A model generated the notes under the pieces. It saw nothing but the letters and a program-made list of their open reading frames with translations, made no database searches and was not told the DNA's origin. 64,000 bases of DNA, from NCBI RefSeq assembly GCF_044704955.1, contig NC_091991.1:125860001-125924000 (forward strand), written 5' to 3'. Shown one piece after another: positions 50,232 to 62,794 of the stretch. The stretch's first letter is position 1. Every line of letters starts with the position of its first letter. The DNA comes from Pristiophorus japonicus (lineage: Eukaryota). The translations under genes were made by a program, and so were the position numbers.

Positions 50232-52340
50232 GATGCTGTCTGACTTGCTGAGTATTTCCAACATATCCTTCCACCCCTTTCTTCCTCATGTGTTTGTCCT
50301 GCTTCCCCTTAAATGCATCTTTGTTGGTTGCCTGAATTGGTCCTTGTGGTCAAGCATTCCACATTCTAATCACTCTCTGGGTGAAGATTATTATCCTGAA
50401 TTTCCTATTGGATTTATTAGTGACTATCTTATAATTATGGCCCCTAGTTCTGGTCTCCCCCACCAGTAGAAACATCTTCTTTACATCTACCCTATCAAAC
50501 CCTTTCAAAACCTGAAAGACTTCTATTAGTCACTTCTCAGTATTTTTTCCTGTTCAACCTTTCCTGAAAGGTATAACCTCTCAGTTCTGGTATCATCCTA
50601 GTAATTGTTTTTGCACCTTCTCTAGTGCCTCTCTGTTCTTTATATAATCTGGAGACCAGGACTATTCACGGTACTCCAAGAGTGGTCTAACCAAGGCTCT
50701 ATTACAAGTTTAACATAACTTCTCTGCTTTTTAATTCTATCCCTCTAGAAATGAACCCCAGTGCTTTTTTATGACCTTATTAACCTGCGTTGCTACATTT
50801 AGTTATTTGTGTATCTGTACCCCCAGATCCAAGGAGTATGTGGCCTCCTTATTCTTCCTACCTCACACTTATCTATATTGAAGTTAATTTGCCAATTATA
50901 TCTCCATTCTGCAAGTTTATTAATGTCTTCCTGTATTTTGTCCCAGTTCTCCTCTGTATTAACTATATTCCCCAATTTGGTGTCATCCACAAAATTTAAA
51001 ATTTTGATTTTCTGATTCTCGAGCCCAAATCGTTTATATAAATTGTGAACAACAGCAGTCCCAGCACTAATGCTTGTGGAACAACACTTCCCACCTTTTG
51101 CCAGTCTGAGTAACTACCTTTAACTCCTATCCCTGTTTCTGTTTTGTAGCCAGTTTAAAGTCTATCTTATTGATATTCCTGACACTAGGAAATACTTTTG
51201 GAGACATAATTTTATTTTACTCAAACTCTAACTCTCATCATCACATTAATCGAACAAAACATTATAGACAGTATATATCCATATCTGTCATTTGCAGCAT
51301 TTCTTACATTTCTACTTTAATATTACTGAATTTAGATTATAATGGCTTGCTTCCTTTAAGAGAAGTTAAATTCTCTCCAAATGTTCCTTATCTTAATACA
51401 TTATTAATGTAAATGGGGAATAATACTTTCATTAACCCTTGATATTTGTGAAGTATATTTAAGTTGTTGAAACTTGGTAATTTCTTTACTGAATAAGGTT
51501 AGTACACCTACCTAATAATACCTAACACATGTTCTTCTTGTTTCTTTGTATTTCATGAGATTCTTTCTGGATTATTTATACAAGCTTAATTTTAGCAACA
51601 TGGAACGAGTTCTTAAGCATTAAAATAGCTCTGCTTTTCCACCACTTTTGTAAAAATAAAGCTTGTGCAATTTATTTAACACTCTAAGGGCTAGACTTTC
51701 CATTATTTTTGCATGCATTACCGCCCACTTAATGTCCATTTTAACGCTGAAATGAGGTATAACGCCCATACATCGGCCATTTAGCCACAAAATGGAAACT
51801 AACGGCCATTTCTCGGGCACTTATCGGCGAGCGTTACTTTCGGCATGAACTTAACGCCGATAAAAAATAATACCGCCCACCCACTTTTTTTGGGTGGAAA
51901 GATCAGAATGGGCAAAATCAATGCCCATAATATCACCCAGCGTTACTTTCGGCATGTAATTAATGAGATTTAATAATACCGCCAGCCCACTTTTTTTTGT
52001 CGTAAAGATAACATTTGCCAAAACTAATGCCCAGAAAATCGTCGAGCGTTACTTTCGCCACCTCGCGCACATCTCGCCGAGAAAACAGCTGTGAAAAAGT
52101 TGCTCTCACCTGAACTAATCACAGCAGTATGGACGCCATTTTCTAAATTGCAGGCCGCTTCATTTAAAAGGCTGCTTCAACATCGGGAGAGTTTGGATGT
52201 ACTCTGGAATTCTTTTAAGGTGATGTGAACATCTGAACAAACGTCTTATCATACTGTGGACCAATGGAATTTAGTTTATATGTCTTAGTGGGGACATTTA
52301 TTGTTTGCGAACAATAGGTGTGAAATTGATACTTATTGGA

Positions 52341-53526
52341 ATGCGGCCTGTCATTTCTCAGCCTGTCTTGGTGATTACGCAGACTAGAGATGGCAGAAGG
52401 TACATTCGACAGCATTATGTGCTCAATCTAAGACGTGCCAGACTGATGAGGAGGACGAGACCTTACAGCCCCCACACTTACAGGCAGAAGCGGTCTTACC
52501 TCAACTTGTCCGATAACACCTGCCTTAGGAGACTGCGCTTCCACAAAGAGGTTATCACTGAGATATGCCAGCTCATCAGGGGAGATCTGCAGCCTGCCAG
52601 CACCATCAGGACCGCACTGCCCGTTGAGGTCAAGGTCACCGCGGTATTTTTGTTCCACGTGTCGAGTTTCTTTCAGGCCTCAGCTGGCGACATTTGTGCT
52701 ATATCTCAGCATGCCACACATTGCTGCATTCGACAGGTCACTGAAGCCCTTTATGCATGCAGGATGGACCTTTTCAGCTTCCCTATGACCAAGGAGGCGC
52801 AGACTGGGAGGGCTTTAGGATTCTACCGAATAGCTAACTTCCCCAAGGTGCAGGGAGCAATAGACAGTACGCACATCACGATGCGGGCATCTTTTCAGGA
52901 TGCAGAGGTTTTTCAGAACCGAAAGTGATTCCACTTCCTGAATGTGCAACTCGTTGTTGGCCACCAGCAAATAATTATGGCAGTGAATGCCAAATTTCCG
53001 GGCAGCATCCATGATGCTCCCATCCTGCGTGAGAGCGTGTATCTGACATGTTTACCAGTCAGTCACAAGGTCACTGCTGGATGCTTGATAACAAAGGATA
53101 TGGCCTCTGATCCCCCTGCGTGACACCCACACCGAAGCCGAGAAGCAATACGAGAGCCACAGAGCTGCACGCAATATCGTCGAGAAAACCATTGGCGTGC
53201 TTAAGCAGTGCTTTAGATGCCTGGACCACTCAGGAGGCGAGGTCCAATACCACTCTGAGCAGGTAGCTCAATTCGTGGTTGTGTGCTCCATGCTGTACAA
53301 CTTGCCTATCAGGAGGGGACAAGAATTGCCAGAAGGGACTGCCGGTCCACCTCAGGAGAGAGAGGAAGAGGAGGACGAAGAGGTGGACGCTGACCATGTG
53401 CCAGACAATCAGGCTGATGCTGAAACCATGCCCCCGCCCCCCTTTAGACCGCAGGAAAGGGCCCGTGGTGGCTACACAGCTGCAAGACTCTTACGTCAGC
53501 AGCTCATAAATGAGCGCTTTGCTTGA
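52341..53526 (+). pseudogene. Harbinger transposase, full span but with a stop (52926-52928) and frameshifts
   Basis: GAIDSTH, PGSIHDA, EKTIGVLKQCFRCL and CSMLYNL motifs; acidic tail ending INERFA. Confidence 0.93.
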
Positions 53527-53816
53527 GAGAACGTTGTTGTTATTTCCAAAGCTGCAACACTGCTGGATGTGCCGCTCATACATCAGTGGTGTGCATCACC
53601 TTGGTGACAGTTAAAAGTTTAAGTTGATTCAAGTTAAGTTTAATTATACCCTTTCATGCTGAGAAATCACCAGTGTGTAATGGTGCAGCTATCTGAGACA
53701 ATGCGCAACAAGGTAATGTTAAATAAACAACATTTAATCCGAACATTTGTGTGAAATCATAATTATAACTGTTAATAAACACCCCACCCCACCCCACCCC
53801 ACAACAAATCTATCAC

Positions 53817-55601
53817 ATTTACATCTACCCCTTCCCCTTCCCCTCCTGACTCCAAGCCGCCTGGCCGAGGAGCTCCTGAAGCGCTGCTTCATTGGGGGGT
53901 ATGACGGCAGAACAACTGCTTGGACAGATACGGGAGAGGACGGTCCAGAGGTGGGAATGTGCTCCGAGCCAGAAGCAGGATGTACTTCCTGGTTCTCGTG
54001 ACGTTGGCAATGGGGGTGCGGCACCTTGGGGTGCAGTGCCGTGCTCCAGGACCACTTAGAGGCCTCTGCCACCAGTGTTCCTGGCTATCAGCTCCAGGGC
54101 CTCCGCCATCCATGGCACATACTCTGTCATGGTGGTGGACATGCTAGCCAGCTGGTGAGATATGCCCCCCATTGTCTGGAGGATCTGCTGACCTTTGTCA
54201 ACACACCTCCTGAACAAGTGTACCATGTCCCCGCTTAGATCTGCTGCTCGTGGAGCAGACCTGCCGCGTCGAACCAACCTCCGCTTGGTCGGCGCCATCC
54301 TGGAGACACCTGGGGTGCCCTGTGGCAAGGTGCTTGGGCCCGGTAGCTCCACGGTGGAGATGGGAATGGCCGCAGGAGCACTAGATGTCATCGATGTTGA
54401 ATGGATTATGGAGCTTGGCGATGCAGGCTCCTCAAAGTCGGCACGGTCATCTGTTGAGAAGGGATACAACAGATCAACGGGCGAGAATTGGGGCTCCTCA
54501 GCACCAGATGGAGCATCGTCCGACGAGTCCATCCCCGCGCTCCTACCTTCTGGGCTCAGTGTTCTTGCATGGGGCCACGCTGCTGACTGAACTGCAAAAT
54601 ATAAATGAGGTTATTAGAGGAGAAGGAGGTGCTAGGGTCACAAGGTGATTCCAGTGCTACACACAGCATATGCACAACAAAAGCACCACCGCTATCAAGA
54701 TCATCACATTTCATGACCAACACCAAATTCTGCATTGCAATGATTCTCATGAAGCCATCATTATTTAGAGAACACTTTTATGATTCATCTATCATATTAT
54801 TGGCTGGATCGGAGTGGGTGTGGCATCTATTGAATTTACATCACGCAATGGTGCATACTTTAGTCACGTGGCATCACATCAGATTCTGCATGCGTGGCCG
54901 ATCGTGGGTGGCTCCCCACTAGTGCCAACACCCGCTCCTCAATGTCGGTGAGGTCGATGATGATTGGTGGCCCACCACCTGTTCGCCTCTGCTCGGCCCT
55001 ATTCTTCGAAAGCTTCTTCTGTAAAAGGTACCAACAGCACGACATGGCATGAGATCATTGCGTGATATCGTTGCTAGGTACTGTCACAGAGATTGATACA
55101 ACACATAACCGACAGATGTAATCATGATTATGATGAAATTTATCATTCTTTACCTAAAGATGTACACTGTGAAAGCAGGCTTTGAGTACAACATTCCCGT
55201 CATAAGTGCAAGACATCACATCTGATTTTAATCACTCACTACACTTGCAAATCAAATTATATAAATATATAAGTACATGTAAATAAATGTAATACTTACT
55301 ATGACGGATCCGCGAGGTCGTTCCAGCCCTTGCGGCACTGGTTGCCCTCACGCACCTCGTTGGTTGCCGATGAGGCCACCTCGGTTATGTCGGCTCATAT
55401 TTTCTGGTAGACCTTTGGGGTGGGCTTCCCACACCATCCCTGGGTCAATTGACCCCGGCATGACTCGACCGCCTGCATGAGGGAGGCATTTGCCTCATCC
55501 GAGAACCTCCTCGTGCTTTTTCGTTCTCCCAATTGTCCCTCTCCTAGCTCACTGCTTTCACCAGCGTCAGTCTCCACAGCGTGCTATGTCGCTGCCTCCA
55601 T
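53817..55601 (-). pseudogene. Harbinger Myb/SANT-like gene of H5 (3 exons)
   Basis: Exon 1 about 55601-55280 (RRFSDEANASLMQAVE..YQKI*, GTAAGT donor); exon 2 about 55018-54865 (KNRAEQRRTGGGPP..LTDIEERV); exon 3 from about 54591. Confidence 0.85.
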
Positions 55602-56623
55602 CCCTTGCATTTTAAATATTTTTTCGATTTAAAAATTCAGTTCCAACTACGTTCTTTGTGCTCAGTAGGCTTTTTGCTGCTGGTGAATTTCCCTCCTGTC
55701 TCCCAAAACAGCCAAACAAGCACACACCACACCCACACTCGTTTTCAGTCCCTCGCTGCTCCCTCTCTCTCTCTCTTCTGCGCATGTAATGATAACCCCT
55801 GACCTCTGGAAACGCGGGAAACAACTGCTGCCATGGCGTTGCTATGGATGGCTAAACCTTACGCAAAAGGTCAAAAAAAATTTACGCTAACGCCCATTTC
55901 AGATTGCTCGCGGTAACACCCATTTTAAAAAATAGAAAGTTAGGGTTTAGAAAATAAGCGATAATCCGGCGATCTCAAAACCCATATTTATCACCATACT
56001 GGAAATAACGCCCATTTTTGGGCAATCTGCACTAAAGTGGAAAGTCTAGCCCTAAAAGTCTATTGAGCAGGTCAGAATTGAGAGAAAACTATTTGTAGTA
56101 AGCTCTTAGTAACTGATTTCTTGAAAATACAGGAAAACTAAAATTTCACCTTGATCAACTGAAACCACAGTTATCTTGAAGCAGATATTGATACTGTTTA
56201 TATAACTAGTCTAAAGTGATCACTTCCCTACTTTTTGTTCATTGTCTGTTTCAGTCTTTGTCTAAGTTACTTCTGAGGTTATTTCTTGAAATTCAAGTTT
56301 TTATTCTCAAAGCATATAGAATCTTAAACGTTCGTTTTCACTTTGCTTGTTAATATTATTACAGGACAATTAAAATTAAATCATATTTGTAAGTATTTTC
56401 TATCTCTTGAATCAATGTAAAAACATAGCATTCATCTAAATGAAACGTGTCTATCTTTCTATTGATCTTTTACTCATGTATTTCTAAGGATTTTTAAAGG
56501 TAAACCATATTAACTTTATTGGATATTGCAAAATGTCTTACTGGACAGATAAATTCTAGTAACTTTCGTACATAAAATGGGCAGAATAAAACATTAATGC
56601 AGATTTGGGATTTGTGTACTTAG

Positions 56624-56738
56624 GGTGTGGGATATTGAGCAATTGCGACGGATCATGGGAACATTGTGGGCTGACATCCATCGAACTAAAGAGGACTCAC
56701 CTGGAGAAATTGAAAAGATCAAAGAAAACTTGATTGAT
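56624..56738 (+). CDS. ccdc154: CCDC154-like exon G
   Basis: ttgtgtacttAG|...|GTaagt; 115 nt, phase 2 in, phase 0 out. VWDIEQLRRIMGTLWADIHRTKEDSPGEIEKIKENLID (cf. recalled LRQELATLLSSVQLLKEDNPG). Confidence 0.85.
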
Positions 56739-56930
56739 GTAAGTTTAACTTCAGATTACATTTATTTGGTCTTTTTAACCTGTCCTAGGTCGTCAGTTTT
56801 GTGACTGATGATTGTGTAATTAATGATGAAGAATTTTGTCTGTACTTAGTTTAGAATCATCACACTCTTAGAGACATTATTAAGCACATTTTTCACTACT
56901 GCAGTAAGTACTATGTTAGGACAATTCTCT

Positions 56931-57841
56931 CGGCCTGACTTTGGTGGACATATCGCCCACTAACGCCCGCATACAGCCGAGAATTGGAAGTTTCATGGAA
57001 AAACAGCTGCATACCACCGACATACCGGCCGGCGTGACTTCGGTGACTGACATACCGCCGAGCGGTATGTGCGCCGTCCACCGACACTGAAGACCCGACA
57101 TATCGCCGAAATCTCCAACATTGGTCACTTACTGCCGACGTATCACCCTGAAGCATACCGTTCTGGAAAATGGGCTTTTATGCTTCGTAAGGTGGGCGAT
57201 AGTACGCAGTGCGTTCATTTGGACATCGGGAGAAGCAGCAGTATTTGGAGATAAGCAGGAGCATTGGAGCAGAGCACTGCAGTTATATTCACAGAATAAA
57301 AGGAAAGAAGGCTTTTTGGAGAGAAAGAAGGATTTCTGGAGGTTATTTTGTTTTTTTAAAAATGGGGAGAAATCGGGAACACCAGAGAGAAGCAGCACCA
57401 TTTGGAGGAGAACACTGAAGTTGGAGTAAGTGGCTTTAAATAGTCAGTTTAAAACAAAGAAGGCTTTTTGGAGTGCAGCAGCAGCCTTCGAGTGCCTCAC
57501 TGTTCCCTCTCACTGTCTCTCCTCACTGCCACTCTCTGCGCATGTGCAGGTGATCCTTGATCCCCGAAATCAGGGCTAAATACAAGTTTGGAGGGGAAAA
57601 AAATTTGCGCGTGCGCACTGCGCCACTATACCGTCGATCGAGGGAAGCCTTTCTCTGGCTCGACTCCATTCTGTGAGACTGCCCGCTGCGCAACGCTTGC
57701 ACAACATTGGCAGACCGCCGAAAAGAAGATGACCAAAGTTGAGGCCTTGCGTCTTGGTGGTCTGCCGATGGTGAAAAACGACAGACCGCTGCGATACCAC
57801 CGGAACTCGGCGGACCATTGGTAAGCACCAAAGTCAGGCCC
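56931..57841. mobile_element. Short Harbinger-type deletion derivative
   Basis: TIR ggcctgactttggtg / caccaaagtcaggcc; gacatat/accg subterminal repeats; right arm organised like those of H1 and H3. Confidence 0.8.
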
Positions 57842-58651
57842 ATATGACTGAAGTGTTTAGGTGATAGAAGGTGTACAATATAACTATGGTCGAACTGGCA
57901 AGTTCAGGATCTGGTGGTGAACGTGAGATCACGTCAAGGAGGTAGTTTCACAATGTTTTAGCTTCTCGCTGGAGCAGTACAACTACATTCCATGCAAAAT
58001 TTAAGTTTAAAAATAGCTAAATAGTTTGCTAAACTGCCCTTAAAGCTATAACAGCCGGGTCTCTACAAACGTTAAAAATGTCAGAGTTTCAGATATCTGC
58101 AAGCAGAACCTGTGAAAATGCTTGTACACTGTTTTGTTTTTCCCTGTTTGAGTGCGGTGAGAAGCAGACAGTATCACCTGGCACTGCCCGTTCACAATCC
58201 TCTCAAGCTGTACTGATCTAAAACCTTATATGCAGTTATGCTGCACCTACAATGGTACTATTGTGATATAAATTTACTCATGAAATGCAGTAGTATCCTT
58301 TGTAGGAGGTTTACTGACCTTGGGTGAAGTTTAATCAAACATGAAAAAAAAATTCAATGAGTTGCTGCACAAGCTGAATGAAGCTTGCATTTATTATCAG
58401 CATGAAACACATTATTACATGATAGCTTTTGAGCTACATATTTTTAGATTTTATTCAGATCATGCTGTTGATCTAGAAATGTTCCGTGGTTTTACATTAT
58501 CCCTTAACGTATCAGTTTTGTAGGTAGTAATTCTTTTTAAGGTGTGCTGTATGATAGTTTTGAGCAGCATAATTTTAAGGACAGCAGAAATGGCAATCGA
58601 TTATTTTCTAACACTGTTACGGAAAGATTATTTTCTGTAATTTAGAATTTA

Positions 58652-59678
58652 TCGGCTCAATTTTCCCCAATTATCTGTGCCGTTTTTTTGGCGTGCACCG
58701 TTTTTTTTGGAGTAAATTATAATCTCCAAGTTCCCCCAAAGTTTCTGCGCTAGAGTAATTCACTTGGGTCGGATTTTTTTTCGGCTACAATTTTTTAAAA
58801 TCTCATTGGGAGTGTAACCTGCCACCCGCGCCAATTCTGTCCATTTAAGCAAGTTTGGCCAACTCCAATTTACTCCAATTTTTCTTAGGACGGCGTATGT
58901 GACCGCTCTGGAAAAACCTTCTGGGCAGTTAACAAAATCAGCACAGGTAAGGGAATCAGTGCAGAAGATCCAGTTCCACAGCCGGGACAGCAGCGGGAGA
59001 GAGGGAGGGACAGGAGAGAGGTGGGAAGGCCTTTCAGCCAGGGTTAGGAATGGCCGGGAGGAGGGAGGCCTTTCAGCCAGGGTTAGCAGCAGCACCAGGA
59101 GGAGGACGGCCTTTCGGCCAGGGTTAGGAATGGCCGGGAGGAGGGAGGCCTTTCAGCCAGGGTTAGCAGCAGCACCAGGAGGAGGACGGCCTTTCGGCCA
59201 GGGTTAGGAGCAGCAGCGGCTCCAGGAGGAGGTGGGAGGGAGGCCTTTCAGCTAGGTTAGCAGCGGCACCCGGCACCGGCACCGGCACCGGGAGGAGGGG
59301 GGAGGCCTGGGTTAGGAGCGGCACCTGGCATCGGGAGGTGGGGGGGTGGGATAGACTTTTGGCATAAACTCTTTAATAACTTCATGCTGGTAAGCTGCTG
59401 CAAGGTGCTTGTGCAGGTTGATGTAAGCTGGCCAGACTGTCTTGTATGTTTCACTTTCCATCCTCAGCCCGCAGTGTGTCCCTCGTTACCCTGGCAACCC
59501 GATCTTTTTGGCGCAGATCTTAGGCTCCACTCCAAAGTTAAAGGACAGGCTAGGCAGCGCCAAAATGAACAATTCAAACGGGGAAAGTTGGATTTTTTTT
59601 TGCTGTAGTTCGGCCCCCAAAAAACGGACGTAACTCTTCAAGTACGCCAAAAAACGGCATTGGGGAAAATTGAGCCCC
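58652..59678. mobile_element. Harbinger-type MITE with an internal tandem repeat
   Basis: TIR ggctcaattttccccaa / ttggggaaaattgagcc; flanks TTA/TAA; one arm is related to the 5153/6387 family in reverse. Confidence 0.8.
59020..59330. repeat. ~40-bp tandem repeat with 80-bp period
   Basis: ggcctttcagccagggttag recurs; gggttaggaatggcc at 59041 and 59121. Confidence 0.9.
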
Positions 59679-59970
59679 TAATTTTAAAAAGTATTAAACA
59701 ATGAGCAAAATATATTTTATAACAACAACAACTTATAACATCTTTAATGTGGTAAAGTATCCCCAGGCGCTTCACAGGAGTGTTATAAAACAAAATTTGA
59801 CACCGAGCCACGAGCTGAAGCGATGTTCCGGGGATGGAAATAGACGGTCTTGGTGATGGCGCGATATGTTCGGAAGTTCATCTAGGGGTCAAATATGACA
59901 CCAAGGTTGCGAAAAGTCTGGTTCAGCCAGATTAAAGATAGGATATATTGACTCCTACTTAAGAGTCCAC

Positions 59971-60717
59971 GGGACCTAAATTGCCCACCCGCCCGAAACG
60001 GGGTGCACCCTCTGTTTTTTGAGTTTTTGCGGTGGAGATGCCGTCAATATTCGGCACTTGGAAGTTTTTTTGTGTAGGAGCGGATGTCGTGGCGGCTGAG
60101 GGGCAGAAGTGCCCTTGCAGTGGGTCAGCTGCCTCGACCAGTCATCAGCGCCGGGCAACGCGTCACAACGTCTCTCCCCTTCAATTAAAGGGGAGGGCTG
60201 CTGCGAGCTCTGCGTGCTTTTAAGTTATGTTCACTGGGCCACCAGGGAGGGTTTAGGCCAGGCCAGCGGCCTGGCATCCAAGAGGGGGTGCCAGGCTGCC
60301 TGTTGCCGGCCCGGCTGTACCCAGGGGCATAATAGTTGGACCAACCTGACAGTCAGCTGACAAAAAAAACATGGCAGCCGCGGCAGTGCGCCCTCCCCTT
60401 TAAGGGAGGCCATGCCGCCATGCAACAGAGAGTGCACCGACACAAAGGCGGCGGTGCCGCTCCCGTGGGGCAATTCCACAAAAGGGATATTTCCAGTGGG
60501 GCAATTTCGGGAAGGGGTCGCTGCCGGTTGGTAAGGAGACGGTGCTTGCACGCCGCGGTGGGAAAATGGAGGGTGCAGTCCCCTACACCGCTCCAACCCT
60601 GAGGAAGGGCTCTTTAAAAAATGGCGGCCCCTCCATGGAGAGTCAGCAGCCATTTCGCGCCGCCCCATGACCGCTGCTTTCAGGTGGCCAGAGGGGGTGG
60701 GGGGCATTTTCAGCCCC
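59971..60717. mobile_element. Harbinger-type MITE, inverted relative of 297-1069
   Basis: TIRs gggacctaaattgccc / gggcattttcagcccc; flanks CAC/CAT. Confidence 0.7.
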
Positions 60718-61037
60718 CATATGTGTGGACATTAGGCGATGACGGCTTCAAACTTAGTTCTGATGTCCTACATAGTCGAATACCCTGTCCACAGTCACTG
60801 TCTTGCTCACACATGAAGATTGGGCACATAGGTGAAGTATTGGAGAGCTGCGGGCACCTGTGGAACTGCACCCCAGGTGGGAACAAAAGTGATAATTGTT
60901 AATCAATGCTTTTAGAATAAGAGTGCTAAAGGTTTTAGTTTAAGCAATTGTTAATTTTTGGGATAAAGTTGAAAGTAACTTTAGTAATTCAGTACAAAAA
61001 GTCAATTTTTTGATTCAGCTGTCTCACAGATAAGTGG

Positions 61038-61266
61038 GAGGGGAGTTATCCCCGGTGTCCTGGCCAATATTTATCTCTCAATCAACATAATGACCAGATA
61101 ATATGTTTTTGTTATCACATTGCTGTTTGTGGGAGTTGCTGTACGCAAATTGGCTGCCGCGTTTCCCACATTACAACGGTGACTACACGCCAAAAGTAAT
61201 TAATTAGCTGTAAAGCGCTTTGAGCCGTCCGGTGGTTGTGAAAGGTGCTATATAAATGCAAGTCTT
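61038..61266 (+). mobile_element. DeuSINE-like SINE 3' part
   Basis: ccggtgtcctggccaatatttat..aaattggctgccgcgtttcc..aaaggtgctatataaatgcaag. Confidence 0.75.
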
Positions 61267-62794
61267 TTAATAAACATTGTAGAACCACAGTGCAAAAGCC
61301 TGTCACTCTGTAATCTTGCATCATGTTTTTACAGCAATGATTTTGGTGCTGCAGCTTATAAACTGGACAGACCTTTGTCTGCTTGTGGCTTTGAAAATTA
61401 TTCTAAATCAGTCAAAATTTGAATCAGGCATGGTGATCTTTCATTGCACAAGAAAATTGTTGGTGAGCAAATTCAGGAGACACTGCACTGTAGTTGAACC
61501 GCAAAAAAAACAAAATTAGGTTATCTTAGGTAAAAACATGTTATCTTAAGCTTTAAAGCAAACAATTTAAATGGAAGTCAGCATGACAATTGAAATGTGC
61601 ACTGCACCTTATCAGGTTTATAAATTTAAAAAGATCTCCACAAGAAACAACTGCAGCAGTCAGTGTTCCACAGATAATTTTGCTCCAAGTATTAAGCCAA
61701 TTGAATTGTAAAAAAAACTTACCTAAGTAGGCATCAAATCTACAAATTATTCACGCTGAACAATTAAAATTGCTCAAAATACTGACTTCAAGCAATGTTA
61801 CATCAAATGGCCAGCTGCTATATCGTTGGTTTGTGTGGTGAAATAAAATAGGTAGGTTATGAATCAGTACAGATCATAGTGTTTTTGATCTTTGGAATCA
61901 AAAATTATCTTCGAAATTTTTAATATAAAATGAGTATAATTTAACCTATATGTTGTAATAAATTTAGAACTTGAAAAGGATTTGACAAAATGATAGATGC
62001 ATGTAAAGGATACAATTTCACTTGAAACATTTTGCATATTAAAATTGCATGACCTCTGTGCTAAAATCATTAATGAATTCTAAAAGATGTTATTGCTGAA
62101 AACAGCTGTAAATGGTTAAGAATGCAACTGAAGTTTAAGGAAAAGTATAGACATAGAAGATGATGGTTGGTTAGGTCCTGAAATTTTGAATGTTTTTACC
62201 TGCAGAATACAACTACTTAAGGCTGAATAATTGAGGCTGTAATGTTAGATTTGCAAGGGATCAGGGAGAAATTTCACATAGGTGTTTCTTTTTGTGTTAG
62301 TTCATTTCATTCACGAGATCAAATTAGTTGGGCAAAGTCCATGGGGGATGAATTCCCACTCCGCCACCGTAACTTTGGCAGAAATTACATTTATGTGTGC
62401 AAATAGGATTCCCACTGAGCCTTCACCATAGTTGGGGTGTCAGAGTGGGAGAAGTCCTGAGGAAATTCCCCTTCCCACCACCCCTCCCCCCAATATAGGA
62501 CAAATGATACTTAGCCTGTGAAAGGAATGGGATTAGGGTCAAATTACCGTCGCTGCTTAATGCCAGAATTTTAAAAAATAGCTTATCTGTAGTATTTTCT
62601 CTAATTGGAAATGTTCTCTCATTAATCACTTTGTTTCACAAAAAGTTAACAAGGATTACGATGTATGAATCGCGTGCATATGAATTCAAAAATTATATCT
62701 ATCTGTCTTTTATACGACAGGTAAAAATCATGCACTTATCTGCATATCTTGGATTGATGTGCTCTGGGTGGGGAACTTCAGTGTCCCTCTCCAA

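Larger units (their letters stand above)
48121..50262 (-). mobile_element. Penelope-like (pLTR) fragment with an inverted repeat and a hammerhead motif, split by Gypsy
   Basis: Inverted repeat ggaaatactcagcag / ttgctgagtatttcc; 9-bp TSD ATATCCTTC at 48112-48120 and 50263-50271. Confidence 0.7.
48020..51155 (-). mobile_element. Old CR1 3' portion hosting a Penelope-type fragment
   Basis: 3'UTR at 48020-48120 continues at 50272; DDTKLGNIVNTEE motif at 50799-50990. Confidence 0.8.
51688..56052 (+). mobile_element. Near-complete Harbinger element H5 (4365 bp)
   Basis: Perfect 15-bp TIR GGGCTAGACTTTCCA, TSD TAA/TAA, convergent transposase and Myb genes, subterminal (t)aacgccca repeats at both ends. 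Confidence 0.97.

Noticed and set aside
52305-53526. Domesticated HARBI1 host gene
   Set aside because: It is flanked by TIRs and a TSD, contains a stop and frameshifts, and has several paralogous decayed copies in the window.
59020-59330. Interstitial telomeric repeat
   Set aside because: GGGTTAG occurs only singly within ~40-bp units, not as (TTAGGG)n.
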